Origin: a bacterium
GTDB taxonomy: Bacteria; Margulisbacteria; WOR-1; O2-12-FULL-45-9; XYB2-FULL-48-7
NCBI GenBank assembly: GCA_043812655.1
Contig: JBDRLW010000046.1
Location: forward strand, 21,291-85,290
Direction: 5' to 3'
Length of the DNA: 64,000 nucleotides
Both the position numbers and the translations under genes were made by a program. The notes beneath the pieces are model-generated. The model made no database searches and was not told where the DNA came from. It was given only the letters and a program-made list of their open reading frames with translations. Positions within the stretch are counted from its first letter, which is position 1. Every line of letters starts with the position of its first letter. Below are positions 42,997-52,133 of the stretch, piece by piece.

Positions 42997-44975
42997 TGCG
43001 TGTACCAATTGATTGGCTAAAAGAGTTAATTACATTTCGTTCTGGGCCTGACCAGTTGGCGCAGATGCTGACCAGCGGCGGGCTGGAAACAGTTCTATTG
43101 CCGGATGATATTTTAGAGATCGATGTTTTGCCAAACCGGGCCGACGCTTGGAGTGTCCGGGGTATCGCCAGGGAAGTGTCAGCGCTAACAAAATTTAAAA
43201 CTAAAGAGACAGCGCTTAAGATCAAAGAATCCGGTAAAAAGGCCGCCGATTTCGTTAAGGTTGAAGTCCGGGATAAAGATCTTTGTCCCCGTTATATGGC
43301 CAGGGTGATCAAGAATGTTAAGATCGTTGAATCGCCGGAATGGCTGAAAAAACGGTTGGAAAGGTCGGGGCTTCGCTCAATAAACAATGTTGTTGATGTT
43401 ACCAATTATCTTCTCCACGAACTTGGCCAGCCGATGCACGCGTTTGACGCGAATTTGATCAAAGAGCAATTTATTATTGTCCGCCGGGCTAATCCTGGTG
43501 AAAAAGTGGTTACTTTAGACGGCAAAGAACATAATTTAGACCCAGATACTTTGGTTATAGCCGATCAAGAGAAGATAATCGCGGTGGCTGGCGTTATGGG
43601 CGCGGCCAATACCGAAGTAAACCAAGAAACGAAAACGATAATCTTGGAGTCAGCTTATTTTAATCCGATCTCGATCCATAAAACTTCTAAATTAATTAAA
43701 ACCAGAACAGAATCTTCTATCCGCTTTGAGCATGGAGTTGACTGGAATGTGGTGGAAGAGGCTCTTGATCGTGGTGCGGCGATGATCGCCGAGCTCGGTC
43801 GGGGTGAGATCTATAAAGGTAAGATCGATGTTATCGGTAAAGAAATTAAGCCAATTATGATCGAATTGCGGACCGATCGGGTCAATAAACTGCTCGGGAC
43901 CGATATTTCCGTCGGTGATATGACCAGTATTTTGGGTCGGCTGGGGTTTGAATTTAAAAAAATAGATAGTACTAGGTTAAAAGTTACAGTCCCGCTCTTC
44001 CGTTTAATGGATATTGAGCGGGAAATTGATCTGATCGAAGAAATTGCCAGGATCTGGGGTTATAACCGGATCGTGGGGACAATGCCCAATACCGCGTTTG
44101 CAGGCAAAGAAATCGATAAACAAGATCTCTTTCACCAGAAGATCAGGGAAGTTTTAGTCGGTAGCGGCCTAAATGAAGCCCAAACATACAGCATGGTCGG
44201 GCCAAAAGACTTTGAAAAGAGCGGGTTTCCGCTGGTGGCCGCGGTCGGAATTGCCAATCCACTGGCGATCGAATCGAGTTTAATGCGCCCAGCCATTTTG
44301 CCGGGGCTCCTTAATGTTCTAACGCACAATCAAAACCGGCAGGTGGAGAATGTCTTTGTTTTTGAGATTGGAAAAATATTCAAGCCGGAAGAAGTTTGGC
44401 ATTTAGGCGGAGTCTTATCTGGTTCGCCGTTTTTAAGCGCGCTGGATAAAGGGGAGATCGATTATGCTTATCTAAAAGGTATCCTCGAGAATTTATTTAA
44501 GGCGCTCAATATTAAACTGCCACGAGTGATGGAGACCAATAATCAACTTTTGCAGCCAGGGAAGGGTGCGGAAATTGAGGGAATTGGTGTATTTGGCGCG
44601 CTTCATCCTAATCTGCTCCATAATTATGAATTTACCAAACCAGTTTTTGTTTTTGAGTTTAACCTAGAAGCCTTATTTAAATTATCTGGCCAAGAACCAA
44701 AATATAATCAATTGCCCAAATTTCCTCCTTCAGCCAGAGATATTTCCATGTTTATCCCCGCCGAACTTGAAAACCAGACGATCATTCAGCTTATCAAGAG
44801 GGTCGGGGGAGAGCTAGTTGAAGATGTTTTTCCTTTTGATAAATATAAAGATAGCATTGCCTATCGAGTCATTTATCGTCACCTCGATCGGACTCTGACT
44901 GAAGATGAAGTGAATGCTAAACATCAGGAGGTGGTTCAGGCTTTAGTTTCTAAGTTGATGGTTAAAATAAGGTAA
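42996..44975 (+). CDS. pheT: Phenylalanine--tRNA ligase beta subunit (lacks B2 OB-fold)
   Basis: PNRAD, INNVVDVTNY, GQPMHAFD, EIDLIEEIARIWGY, C-terminal FDX-ACB. Confidence 0.96.
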   Translation: MRVPIDWLKELITFRSGPDQLAQMLTSGGLETVLLPDDILEIDVLPNRADAWSVRGIAREVSALTKFKTKETALKIKESGKKAADFVKVEVRDKDLCPRYMARVIKNVKIVESPEWLKKRLERSGLRSINNVVDVTNYLLHELGQPMHAFDANLIKEQFIIVRRANPGEKVVTLDGKEHNLDPDTLVIADQEKIIAVAGVMGAANTEVNQETKTIILESAYFNPISIHKTSKLIKTRTESSIRFEHGVDWNVVEEALDRGAAMIAELGRGEIYKGKIDVIGKEIKPIMIELRTDRVNKLLGTDISVGDMTSILGRLGFEFKKIDSTRLKVTVPLFRLMDIEREIDLIEEIARIWGYNRIVGTMPNTAFAGKEIDKQDLFHQKIREVLVGSGLNEAQTYSMVGPKDFEKSGFPLVAAVGIANPLAIESSLMRPAILPGLLNVLTHNQNRQVENVFVFEIGKIFKPEEVWHLGGVLSGSPFLSALDKGEIDYAYLKGILENLFKALNIKLPRVMETNNQLLQPGKGAEIEGIGVFGALHPNLLHNYEFTKPVFVFEFNLEALFKLSGQEPKYNQLPKFPPSARDISMFIPAELENQTIIQLIKRVGGELVEDVFPFDKYKDSIAYRVIYRHLDRTLTEDEVNAKHQEVVQALVSKLMVKIR

Positions 44976-44988
44976 AACAAAATAACGA

Positions 44989-45087
44989 GGAAACCGCGAA
45001 GTTTATTCGCCGGTTTCCGAGTTGCTGAATGGTTTCGTAACCAGCGACTAAACCCCGATGTAGGAATCGGGGCAAGCGTCGCGGTTA
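44989..45087. repeat. Two intergenic bulged REP-like hairpins, the second with a nested hairpin
   Basis: GGAAACCGCGAA-gttta-TTCGC-c-GGTTTCC; TAACC-a-GCGAC-taaa[CCCCGATgtaggaATCGGGGcaag]c-GTCGCGGTTA. Confidence 0.85.
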
Positions 45088-45104
45088 ATTAAGGAGGTTT
45101 TGAT

Positions 45105-45449
45105 ATGAAAAAATGTTTAATTGTTGCTTTAATTGCTTTTACTGCATTGATTTTTGCTAAGGTCTCTTTTGCTCAAGAAGCGCCGATTGATCAGCCAAAA
45201 CCTGGCCAAGAAATGGCTCAACCTCAAAGACCGGGACCCGGTGGTCAACCCTGGTTGGCACAATATATTGGAAGTAAGGTTAAATTTGTTTCGATAGCTA
45301 GAGCTTATGCATGGTATGAGTTTAAGGGAGAATTACAAAAAGTTGAAATATCGGGTATAGTTGTTAAGGATATAACAGGTTGGCCAAACGGTAAAGAAGC
45401 TTTTTTCCCTTTTGGAACAATAGTATTCATTCAACCGGTTTCGGATTAG
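45105..45449 (+). CDS. Hypothetical exported protein
   Basis: SD AAGGAGG, signal peptide ending SFA|Q, P/Q-rich linker, small beta domain. Confidence 0.75.
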   Translation: MKKCLIVALIAFTALIFAKVSFAQEAPIDQPKPGQEMAQPQRPGPGGQPWLAQYIGSKVKFVSIARAYAWYEFKGELQKVEISGIVVKDITGWPNGKEAFFPFGTIVFIQPVSD

Positions 45450-45470
45450 TTGAGGATAATAAACAACAAA

Positions 45471-45492
45471 TCCCCACACTTAAGTGTGGGGA
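45471..45492. repeat. REP-like hairpin, same family as in nnrE
   Basis: TCCCCACACTTAAGTGTGGGGA. The 20-bp core differs by one base from 38791-38810. Confidence 0.85.
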
Positions 45493-45526
45493 TTTAATTA
45501 TATACTGTTGGAGGTAAGATTGCTGT

Positions 45527-45652
45527 ATGGATAAAAAACAAAAGAGTTGGCAAAAACGGTTTGAAGTATTTTTGAAAAAAGCTGATAAAAAGATGGTAAG
45601 GATTTCGTACGAAGAAATATCAAGTGAAGTTACTAAAACTAGATGTGAATAG
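45527..45652 (+). CDS. 41-aa small ORF, possible antitoxin-like remnant
   Basis: GGAGGT upstream. MDKKQKSWQKRFEVFLKKADKKMVRISYEEISSEVTKTRCE. Confidence 0.35.
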   Translation: MDKKQKSWQKRFEVFLKKADKKMVRISYEEISSEVTKTRCE

Positions 45653-45684
45653 TTATTAGTTGAATGCTATAATAACTATTAATC

Positions 45685-45924
45685 ATGCCGACTTTATTTG
45701 TAATTAATGGCTATAGGTTTTTCTTCTTTAGTAACGAGGGAAATGAACCTAAACATGTTCATATTGAAAAAGCGGGAAAATACGCAAAGTTCTGGCTTGA
45801 TCCAATTATTTTAGCCGTAAATTACGGTTTTAATAGCCCCGAATTGAAATTAATCGAAGAATTAGTCGAAAATAAAAAGAAAGAAATTGAGGTGAAATGG
45901 AATGAATATTTCAGTATCGGTTGA
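45685..45924 (+). CDS. DUF4160 family protein (putative toxin-antitoxin component)
   Basis: MPT...GYRFFFFSNEGNEPKHVHI...AKFWL...WNEYF. Confidence 0.85.
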   Translation: MPTLFVINGYRFFFFSNEGNEPKHVHIEKAGKYAKFWLDPIILAVNYGFNSPELKLIEELVENKKKEIEVKWNEYFSIG

Positions 45925-46141
45925 CGCCAAAGCTTCTGGCCTGAAAATTACCAATGAAGATTTATCTGTTGATCTGATCGATGGGAGGGAAGTGAAAGTC
46001 CCTTTGGTTTGGTTCCCAAAGCTTTTACGGGCAACTCCCGCACAAAGGAACAATTATCGCCTAATTGGCAATGGCATCGGTATCCATTGGATTGATTTAG
46101 ATGAGGATCTGTCAGTTGAGGGTTTATTAGCTGTTAAGTAA
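45902..46141 (+). CDS. DUF2442 family protein (putative toxin-antitoxin partner)
   Basis: LIDGREVKVPLVWFPKLLRAT...GIHWIDLDEDLSVEGLL. Confidence 0.88.
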   Translation: MNISVSVDAKASGLKITNEDLSVDLIDGREVKVPLVWFPKLLRATPAQRNNYRLIGNGIGIHWIDLDEDLSVEGLLAVK

Positions 46142-46144
46142 ATC

Positions 46145-48718
46145 ATGCCCGACTTAACCCCGATGGCCCGGCAATACCAGGAGATCAAAGCCTCCCAAAA
46201 GGACGCGATCCTCTTTTTCCGCTTGGGTGATTTCTACGAAATGTTTTATGAGGATGCTGAACTCGCCTCTCGCGAACTCGATCTAACCCTTACCGGCCGT
46301 GGGAAAGACGAAAACCGGATGCCGATGTGCGGCGTCCCATACCATGCTGCCGAAAGCTATATTGCCAAGTTGATCGAAAAAGGGTACAAGGTGGCGATTT
46401 GCGAGCAGGTGGAAGACCCGAAACTGGCCAAAGGTTTAGTTAGAAGAGAAGTGATCAGAATCATCACCCCCGGAACCGTAATTGAATCATCCATGCTGTT
46501 TGATAGGACTAATAACTATTTAATGGCGATTAATCAAGAAAAGGGTAAGTACGGATTAGCCTTTGTTGAGGCAACCACTGGTGAATTTAAGCTGTCTGAT
46601 TTTGATTCGGTAGAAAAGATGCATGATGAAGTAACAAGAATTAATCCCTCAGAAATTATCGTTTCTGATCTGCTTCCCGAGGAACCGCGACGTTTAGTCG
46701 CAGGTTCCAGACCAGTTTCATTATTCAAGGACATCTATGACAACGAGACGGCAATTGAGAAGCTAAAAGAACATTTTGCTGTTCAGTCGCTCGAATCGTT
46801 TGGTTTAGATGGGAATGAAGTCGCCCTGGGTGCCGCGGCCGCGATCCTTGATTATCTCAAAGAGACGCAAAAGACCACCCTCGGTCACATTAATAACTTA
46901 AAGCATTATCAGACGGAAGAATTTATGTTTATTGATGCGACAACGAGACGGAATTTAGAACTGACCGCCACCGCCCGGGACAAATCATTTAGAGGCAGCC
47001 TCCTTTGGGTTCTTGATCGGACAAAGACATCGATGGGGAGTCGATTATTGCGACAATGGTTGCTACAACCATTATTAGATGTAACCATAATTAATAAGCG
47101 CTTAGACGCGGTTGAAGAATTATTTGGTGATGCAATGCTGCGGTCGGAATTAAGCGAGGGCTTAAAGAAAGTCTTTGATATCGAACGGTTAACCGGTAAA
47201 GTTGCGACTCAAGCGGCAAATGCCAGGGATTTGGTGGCATTAAAAGAATCGTTAGAGCAGTTGCCGAGGATCAGGAATGTTATAAAAGAATGTAAGGCTG
47301 GATTATTAAAACAAATGGAACCAGAGAATAAATTCTCGGTTCCATCAAGAGATCCTGCAGAATTAATTCCGCAGGATCAAGACACAATAACCGCGAATTC
47401 ATTCGCTGGTTTCGAAAATCAAATCATAAACCTCATATCCAAATCCATCATCGACGAACCGCCATTTGTGATCAAAGAAGGAGGGCTGATCAAGCAAGGT
47501 TTTAATGCCGAACTTGATGAGCTCAAGAAAGCGACCAGCGGCGGGAAGCAATGGATCGCCGAGTTAGAAGTCTCGGAAAGAAAACGGTCAGGGATCAAAT
47601 CGCTTAAGATCGGCTTTACGAAAGTTTTTGGTTATTACATCGAGGTGACGAATTCCAACCTTAATGAAGTGCCGCCAGATTATATCCGCAAACAGACGCT
47701 GGTTAACGCCGAGCGATTCATCACCCCCGAGTTAAAGGAGAAGGAAGCCCTGATCTTGAACGCCGATGAACGGATGAAAGAGCTGGAATATCAAATTCTT
47801 TGTGATGTTCGGACGCAAGTTGCGGGTTTTACCAAGCAATTGCAGGCCGTTGCTTTCGCCTTAGCTCAAACGGATGTACTTTTATCCCTGGCCGAGGTCG
47901 CGGTTGAGAATAAGTATTGCCGCCCTATACTCCAGGCTCCGAACTCCCAACTCCGAACTATTCAAGGCCGTCACCCGGTGGTAGAAAAAACTCTTAATGA
48001 ATTCCAGTTTGTCCCTAATGATGTCGAATTAAATGATGAGCAACGATTCCTTTTAATAACTGGACCCAATATGGGTGGAAAATCAACTTATATGAGACAA
48101 GTCGCGCTTATCTGCCTCATGGCGCAGATCGGTTCATTTGTCCCGGCCAACAAAGCGGAACTTTCATTAATAGATAGGATCTTTACCAGGATCGGAGCAA
48201 TGGATGATATTTATTCCGGGCAATCGACCTTTATGGTAGAGATGACGGAGACGGCTAACATTATTAATAATGCCACCGAAAAGAGTCTGATCATATTGGA
48301 TGAGATCGGGCGGGGGACGTCGACTTTTGACGGGATGTCGATCGCGGCAGCGGTCGCCGAATATATCCACACCAAGATCCGTGCCAAAACGCTTTTTGCC
48401 ACTCATTATCACGAGATCACCCAGCTAGCTGATAAACATAAGGGGATGGCCAATGTTAATGTCCTGGTCAAAGAAGCTGGGGATAAAATAACTTTTTTAC
48501 ATCAAGTTGTTCCCGGCCCAGCTGACCGCTCTTATGGCATCCAAGTCGCCAAGTTAGCGGGTTTGCCAAATGAAGTAGTAAAAAGAGCAAAGGAAGTTTA
48601 TAATACTTTGGAGATGGTTGAAAATGATTTGGGGAAAGAAGAGAAGAACAAGGCCGTTAATTTAAAAGCCAGTAAAAGAGCTGTTTATAATAATAGAGAC
48701 CAGGTTAGTTTATTTTAG
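46145..48718 (+). CDS. mutS: DNA mismatch repair protein MutS
   Basis: FRLGDFYEMF, GYKVAICEQ, TGPNMGGKST, DEIGRGTST, ATHYHE, SYGIQVA. Confidence 0.98.
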   Translation: MPDLTPMARQYQEIKASQKDAILFFRLGDFYEMFYEDAELASRELDLTLTGRGKDENRMPMCGVPYHAAESYIAKLIEKGYKVAICEQVEDPKLAKGLVRREVIRIITPGTVIESSMLFDRTNNYLMAINQEKGKYGLAFVEATTGEFKLSDFDSVEKMHDEVTRINPSEIIVSDLLPEEPRRLVAGSRPVSLFKDIYDNETAIEKLKEHFAVQSLESFGLDGNEVALGAAAAILDYLKETQKTTLGHINNLKHYQTEEFMFIDATTRRNLELTATARDKSFRGSLLWVLDRTKTSMGSRLLRQWLLQPLLDVTIINKRLDAVEELFGDAMLRSELSEGLKKVFDIERLTGKVATQAANARDLVALKESLEQLPRIRNVIKECKAGLLKQMEPENKFSVPSRDPAELIPQDQDTITANSFAGFENQIINLISKSIIDEPPFVIKEGGLIKQGFNAELDELKKATSGGKQWIAELEVSERKRSGIKSLKIGFTKVFGYYIEVTNSNLNEVPPDYIRKQTLVNAERFITPELKEKEALILNADERMKELEYQILCDVRTQVAGFTKQLQAVAFALAQTDVLLSLAEVAVENKYCRPILQAPNSQLRTIQGRHPVVEKTLNEFQFVPNDVELNDEQRFLLITGPNMGGKSTYMRQVALICLMAQIGSFVPANKAELSLIDRIFTRIGAMDDIYSGQSTFMVEMTETANIINNATEKSLIILDEIGRGTSTFDGMSIAAAVAEYIHTKIRAKTLFATHYHEITQLADKHKGMANVNVLVKEAGDKITFLHQVVPGPADRSYGIQVAKLAGLPNEVVKRAKEVYNTLEMVENDLGKEEKNKAVNLKASKRAVYNNRDQVSLF
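46681..46708. repeat. Bulged REP-like hairpin in frame in mutS
   Basis: GGAACC-GCGAC-gttta-GTCGC-a-GGTTCC. Confidence 0.88.
47315..47411. repeat. Three-hairpin cluster in frame in mutS
   Basis: ATGGAACCaGAGAAtaaaTTCTCGGTTCCAT; GATCCTGCaGAAttaaTTCcGCAGGATC; AACCGCGAAttcaTTCGCtGGTT. Confidence 0.88.
47929..47959 (+). repeat. ACTCCNN heptamer array inside mutS
   Basis: ACTCCAG GCTCCGA ACTCCCA ACTCCGA ACT. Confidence 0.8.
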
Positions 48719-48727
48719 GAGGATAAA

Positions 48728-49141
48728 ATGAAAAGAGGTATATTGGTTGGTTTGTTGGTTAGTGTGTTAGTGGGAAATGCGTTCGCGGCGGTAACGGAGA
48801 TCGTGGGCGGGGTGAGGGATGGAGCTGCCTTAGGCATACAGCTTGAAAGCAGCGTAGCGAAAAACTTAACCATCCGCGGCGGGATCGAATTTGACTCTGG
48901 CAAACAGCCTTTCATCGGTTTTCTCGGTTTAAAATTTCCTTTAACTAGCATCGGCCGGATGCCTCTCGCGCTAGGCTTGGGGGCCGTTGGATATTTTGGC
49001 AATAATAAGACCGAGGCCGGAGTTTCTCTCTCTTTTATTTTCAACCGTTTCCTGGATATTAATCCGCTCTTTTTGGAGCTGGGCGTCGACGCGGCTGGTA
49101 CTGGTAAATTACTCGCCCAATTAGGCTACAAGATATACTGA
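48728..49141 (+). CDS. Hypothetical exported protein, possible small outer-membrane beta-barrel
   Basis: SD GGAGG, signal AFA|A, amphipathic beta pattern, ends in aromatic residue (LGYKIY). Confidence 0.65.
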   Translation: MKRGILVGLLVSVLVGNAFAAVTEIVGGVRDGAALGIQLESSVAKNLTIRGGIEFDSGKQPFIGFLGLKFPLTSIGRMPLALGLGAVGYFGNNKTEAGVSLSFIFNRFLDINPLFLELGVDAAGTGKLLAQLGYKIY

Positions 49142-49148
49142 AGATATA

Positions 49149-50099
49149 ATGTTCAAATGGCTGGCTGACAAAATAACATATGATCTTTTACGTTTGACCC
49201 CAGGCTCGCGAGTGGGCGAAAGCGTTAACTTCTTCTTTTACGACCTGCCTAAGATCTACGTGATGCTGCTGACGATCATGTTCGTTATCGCCGTTTTACG
49301 CAGTTTTATCCCGCCGCGAAAGATCCGCCAGATTTTAAGCCATCGCCACGCATTTATTGGTAATATTCTAGCCGCTGGTTTTGGCGTCTTAACCCCATTT
49401 TGCACCTGTTCCGCCATTCCACTCTTTATCGGGATGCTCGAATCTGGCGTGCCGCTGGGAGTAACGATGTCTTTCCTGATCTCGTCGCCAACGGTCAATG
49501 AGATCGCTTTAGTCTTGTTATGGGGCCTGTTTGGCTGGAAAATAGCGCTAACCTATGTGGCCAGCGGATTAACGATCGCGGTCGTTTGCGGCTTTATCAT
49601 CGGCCGCTTAAAAATGGAAAAATATCTTGAGGAGATAGTTTTTAAAACAAAGACAGTAGGGGAGACAATTGAAAAACAACCGAATTGGCAAGAGAGATTT
49701 ACTTCCGCTTACGAATATACAATTGCTGTTTTTAGATCGGTCTGGTTCTATGTTCTGTTTGGCGTCGGGTTAGGTTCATTGATCCACGGTTACGTCCCGG
49801 TAGGCTTGGTCATAAAATACGCGGGGACAAATAATCCGCTGGCGGTGATCATCGCTGTCATCTTAGGCGTGCCGCTTTACGCTAATTGCGCCGGCGCTTT
49901 GCCTGTTGTCCAAGCGATCCTGGAAAAAGGCTTGCCGCTTGGGACTAGCCTGGCGTTCATGATGTCTGTTACCGCCTTGTCATTCCCGGAATTCATTATT
50001 TTGCGCAAGGTGATGAAGCCGCAGCTCCTCTTTACTTTTATCGGGATGGTAGCGACCGGAATTATCTTGATCGGCTACTTTTTTAATCTCGTCTTTTAA
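49149..50099 (+). CDS. ArsP/DUF318 family permease
   Basis: TPFCTCSAIP, SFLISSP, GVPLY, ALSFPE. Confidence 0.88.
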   Translation: MFKWLADKITYDLLRLTPGSRVGESVNFFFYDLPKIYVMLLTIMFVIAVLRSFIPPRKIRQILSHRHAFIGNILAAGFGVLTPFCTCSAIPLFIGMLESGVPLGVTMSFLISSPTVNEIALVLLWGLFGWKIALTYVASGLTIAVVCGFIIGRLKMEKYLEEIVFKTKTVGETIEKQPNWQERFTSAYEYTIAVFRSVWFYVLFGVGLGSLIHGYVPVGLVIKYAGTNNPLAVIIAVILGVPLYANCAGALPVVQAILEKGLPLGTSLAFMMSVTALSFPEFIILRKVMKPQLLFTFIGMVATGIILIGYFFNLVF

Positions 50100-50671
50100 C
50101 TATATAAAGAAATATGCGGTTTTTTGATCAGCGCGAATTCCCCGGGTTTTAAGTTCCCTAATTTGATCGGACCTATTTTTACTCTGATCAAACGCAAGCA
50201 GGGGAGGCCAACCGCGGCTGTCATTTTCCTGACTTGCCGGTTGCGGCCTTCATGAATGGTGATTTCCAGCCACGAAGTTGGGACTGACCTCCTAAAACGG
50301 ATCGGTTTTGTTCTTGGCCAGATCAGTAGGTTATCAGGCAGTTGTTTAACCCTGGCCGGCAAAGTTTTTTTCCCTTCAATGACAACGCCTTTTCCCAAGT
50401 TTGAGATCGCTTCTTTTGCAGGCAGCCCTTCGACTTGCGCCCAATAAGTCTTTTCAACTTTATACCTAGGATTGCTCATCTGCTGGTTCAATTTGCCGTC
50501 ATCGGTTAAAAAGAGGAGCCCCTCGCTGTCATAATCAAGCCGGCCAACGGGATAGATGCCCTGAACATCAATATAATCTTTAAGGGTTTGGCGACCGCTC
50601 GAATCAGTAAACTGGCAGAGGACTTCAAAAGGCTTATTGAAAATTAAATATTTAAACTGCTCTTTGTTCAT
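50096..50671 (-). CDS. rluE: rRNA pseudouridine synthase (RluE-like, no S4 domain)
   Basis: FNKPFEVLCQF, VGRLDYDSEGL, EGRNRQVRKMTAAVG. Confidence 0.85.
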   Translation of the reverse strand: MNKEQFKYLIFNKPFEVLCQFTDSSGRQTLKDYIDVQGIYPVGRLDYDSEGLLFLTDDGKLNQQMSNPRYKVEKTYWAQVEGLPAKEAISNLGKGVVIEGKKTLPARVKQLPDNLLIWPRTKPIRFRRSVPTSWLEITIHEGRNRQVRKMTAAVGLPCLRLIRVKIGPIKLGNLKPGEFALIKKPHISLYS

Positions 50672-50737
50672 TTTTGTAATTCATACCATTATACAACTTT
50701 TCATTCTGTTATAATATATGCCAGGAGGTAAATAATT

Positions 50738-51052
50738 ATGGCAAAAGAAATTTCTGACGCGGAATTCAAGAAAGAGGTTGAAGACAACCAAGGCGTGGTC
50801 TTTGTTGATTTTTGGGCGCCATGGTGCGGCCCGTGCCGGATGATGGCTCCGGTCTTTGAAAAAATGGCGACAAAATATCCGACGGTCAAGTTTTGCAAGG
50901 TTAATACGACCGAGCATATTAAGAAAGCCAGCGAGCTGGGAGTTTCCGGCATTCCCTGCATTATTGTTTTTAAGAATGGAAAAGAAGTCGATCGTTTGGT
51001 TGGTTTTAGGTCAGAACCGGAGTTTGAAAAGGACGTTAAAAAACATGCTTAA
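50738..51052 (+). CDS. trxA: Thioredoxin
   Basis: DFWAPWCGPC. TGtTATAAT and GGAGG upstream. Confidence 0.95.
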   Translation: MAKEISDAEFKKEVEDNQGVVFVDFWAPWCGPCRMMAPVFEKMATKYPTVKFCKVNTTEHIKKASELGVSGIPCIIVFKNGKEVDRLVGFRSEPEFEKDVKKHA

Positions 51053-51467
51053 GAAAAATATTTTAATAATTATTTTACTGGTCGTGGCCTTATGTTCTAT
51101 TGTCCATTGCCCGGCCTTTGGCATGGGGGAGAAACAGGAAGTTTATCCAAATTTAAAGGAGCTCTCGCTTGAAAGCGCGCTTAAATCCAGGTTGCCGGTC
51201 ATTGTTAAATTAGGAGCTGATTGGTGTCCGCCTTGTAAGGAAATGAAACCGATCTTAAATGAGCTAGCTGAGGAATTAAAGAAAAAAGTAATTGTCCTTG
51301 ACTTAGATATTGGCAAAAACGAAGAGTTGGCAAGAGAATTTAAAATCACCTTGATCCCAACCACTATTTTTTATGATAAAAAGGGTGAACCGATCTTTGT
51401 TAAAACCGGTTTTATTAACAAGGACCAGATCATCGAAAAGTTGAAAGAACTCGGGATGACCAAATAA
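51045..51467 (+). CDS. Exported thioredoxin-family protein
   Basis: ATG 51045, signal peptide, WCPPC, cis-Pro IPT. Confidence 0.85.
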   Translation: MLKKNILIIILLVVALCSIVHCPAFGMGEKQEVYPNLKELSLESALKSRLPVIVKLGADWCPPCKEMKPILNELAEELKKKVIVLDLDIGKNEELAREFKITLIPTTIFYDKKGEPIFVKTGFINKDQIIEKLKELGMTK

Positions 51468-51469
51468 AA

Positions 51470-52108
51470 ATGGACCTGGCTAACCCCTTTTACGCTTATT
51501 TGGCCGTTTTTGCCGCGGGTGTGCTATCGTCATTTACTCCCTGCACGCTGTCGCTTTTCCCCCTGGTCATCGGTTATGTCGGCGGGGTTGCTGACGGCAG
51601 GACAAATAATTCTTTTATTGTTTCCTTGTCTTTTTCCGCCGGCATCGCGGTCACTTTTACTGTTTTAGGGGCGCTAGCCGCGTTGACCGGGACACTCCTT
51701 GGAAATGTTGGCGGTTTTTGGCGCTATGTTTTAGCTGTTGCCGCATTTGTAATGGGGTTGCAAGTCCTGGGCGTTATTAAACTACCGATGTCTTTTTCAA
51801 CCGGGCGCGTCGCGCAAAAAGGGATTTTTGGCGCCTTCTTGATGGGTCTTTTATTCGGTTTAGCGGCTTCTCCCTGTGCGACGCCGATCTTAGCGGTGGT
51901 TTTGGCCTATGTTGCCGCCGCGCGTCATTTAGTTTACGGTATTTCCTTATTATTCGTCTACGCGATCGGTTTTTGCTTGCCGGTCTTCCTAATTGGATTT
52001 TCAACGGGCGCCCTAAAACGCCTGCAAAATGTTTCCCAATTTGTCCACCAGCTTAGCGGTTGGCTCTTGATCCTCCTCGGGTTTTACTTTTTGTTTTCTA
52101 GACAATAA
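51470..52108 (+). CDS. ccdA: CcdA-type transmembrane electron transporter
   Basis: SFTPCTL and ASPCATP motifs, about 6 TM. Confidence 0.88.
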   Translation: MDLANPFYAYLAVFAAGVLSSFTPCTLSLFPLVIGYVGGVADGRTNNSFIVSLSFSAGIAVTFTVLGALAALTGTLLGNVGGFWRYVLAVAAFVMGLQVLGVIKLPMSFSTGRVAQKGIFGAFLMGLLFGLAASPCATPILAVVLAYVAAARHLVYGISLLFVYAIGFCLPVFLIGFSTGALKRLQNVSQFVHQLSGWLLILLGFYFLFSRQ

Positions 52109-52133
52109 ACAACACTCACGCTATAATAACAGC

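Noticed and set aside
44989..45492. Clustered palindromes as a CRISPR array or tRNA
   Set aside because: There are no regularly spaced identical repeats, no cas genes and no cloverleaf.
47315..47411. mutS insertion as an intein or intron
   Set aside because: It is too short, lacks C/S...HN splice motifs, and is fully explained by DNA hairpins.
50856..51044. Long overlap of the second thioredoxin ORF with trxA
   Set aside because: The signal peptide begins at ATG 51045. The upstream part is an incidental open frame.
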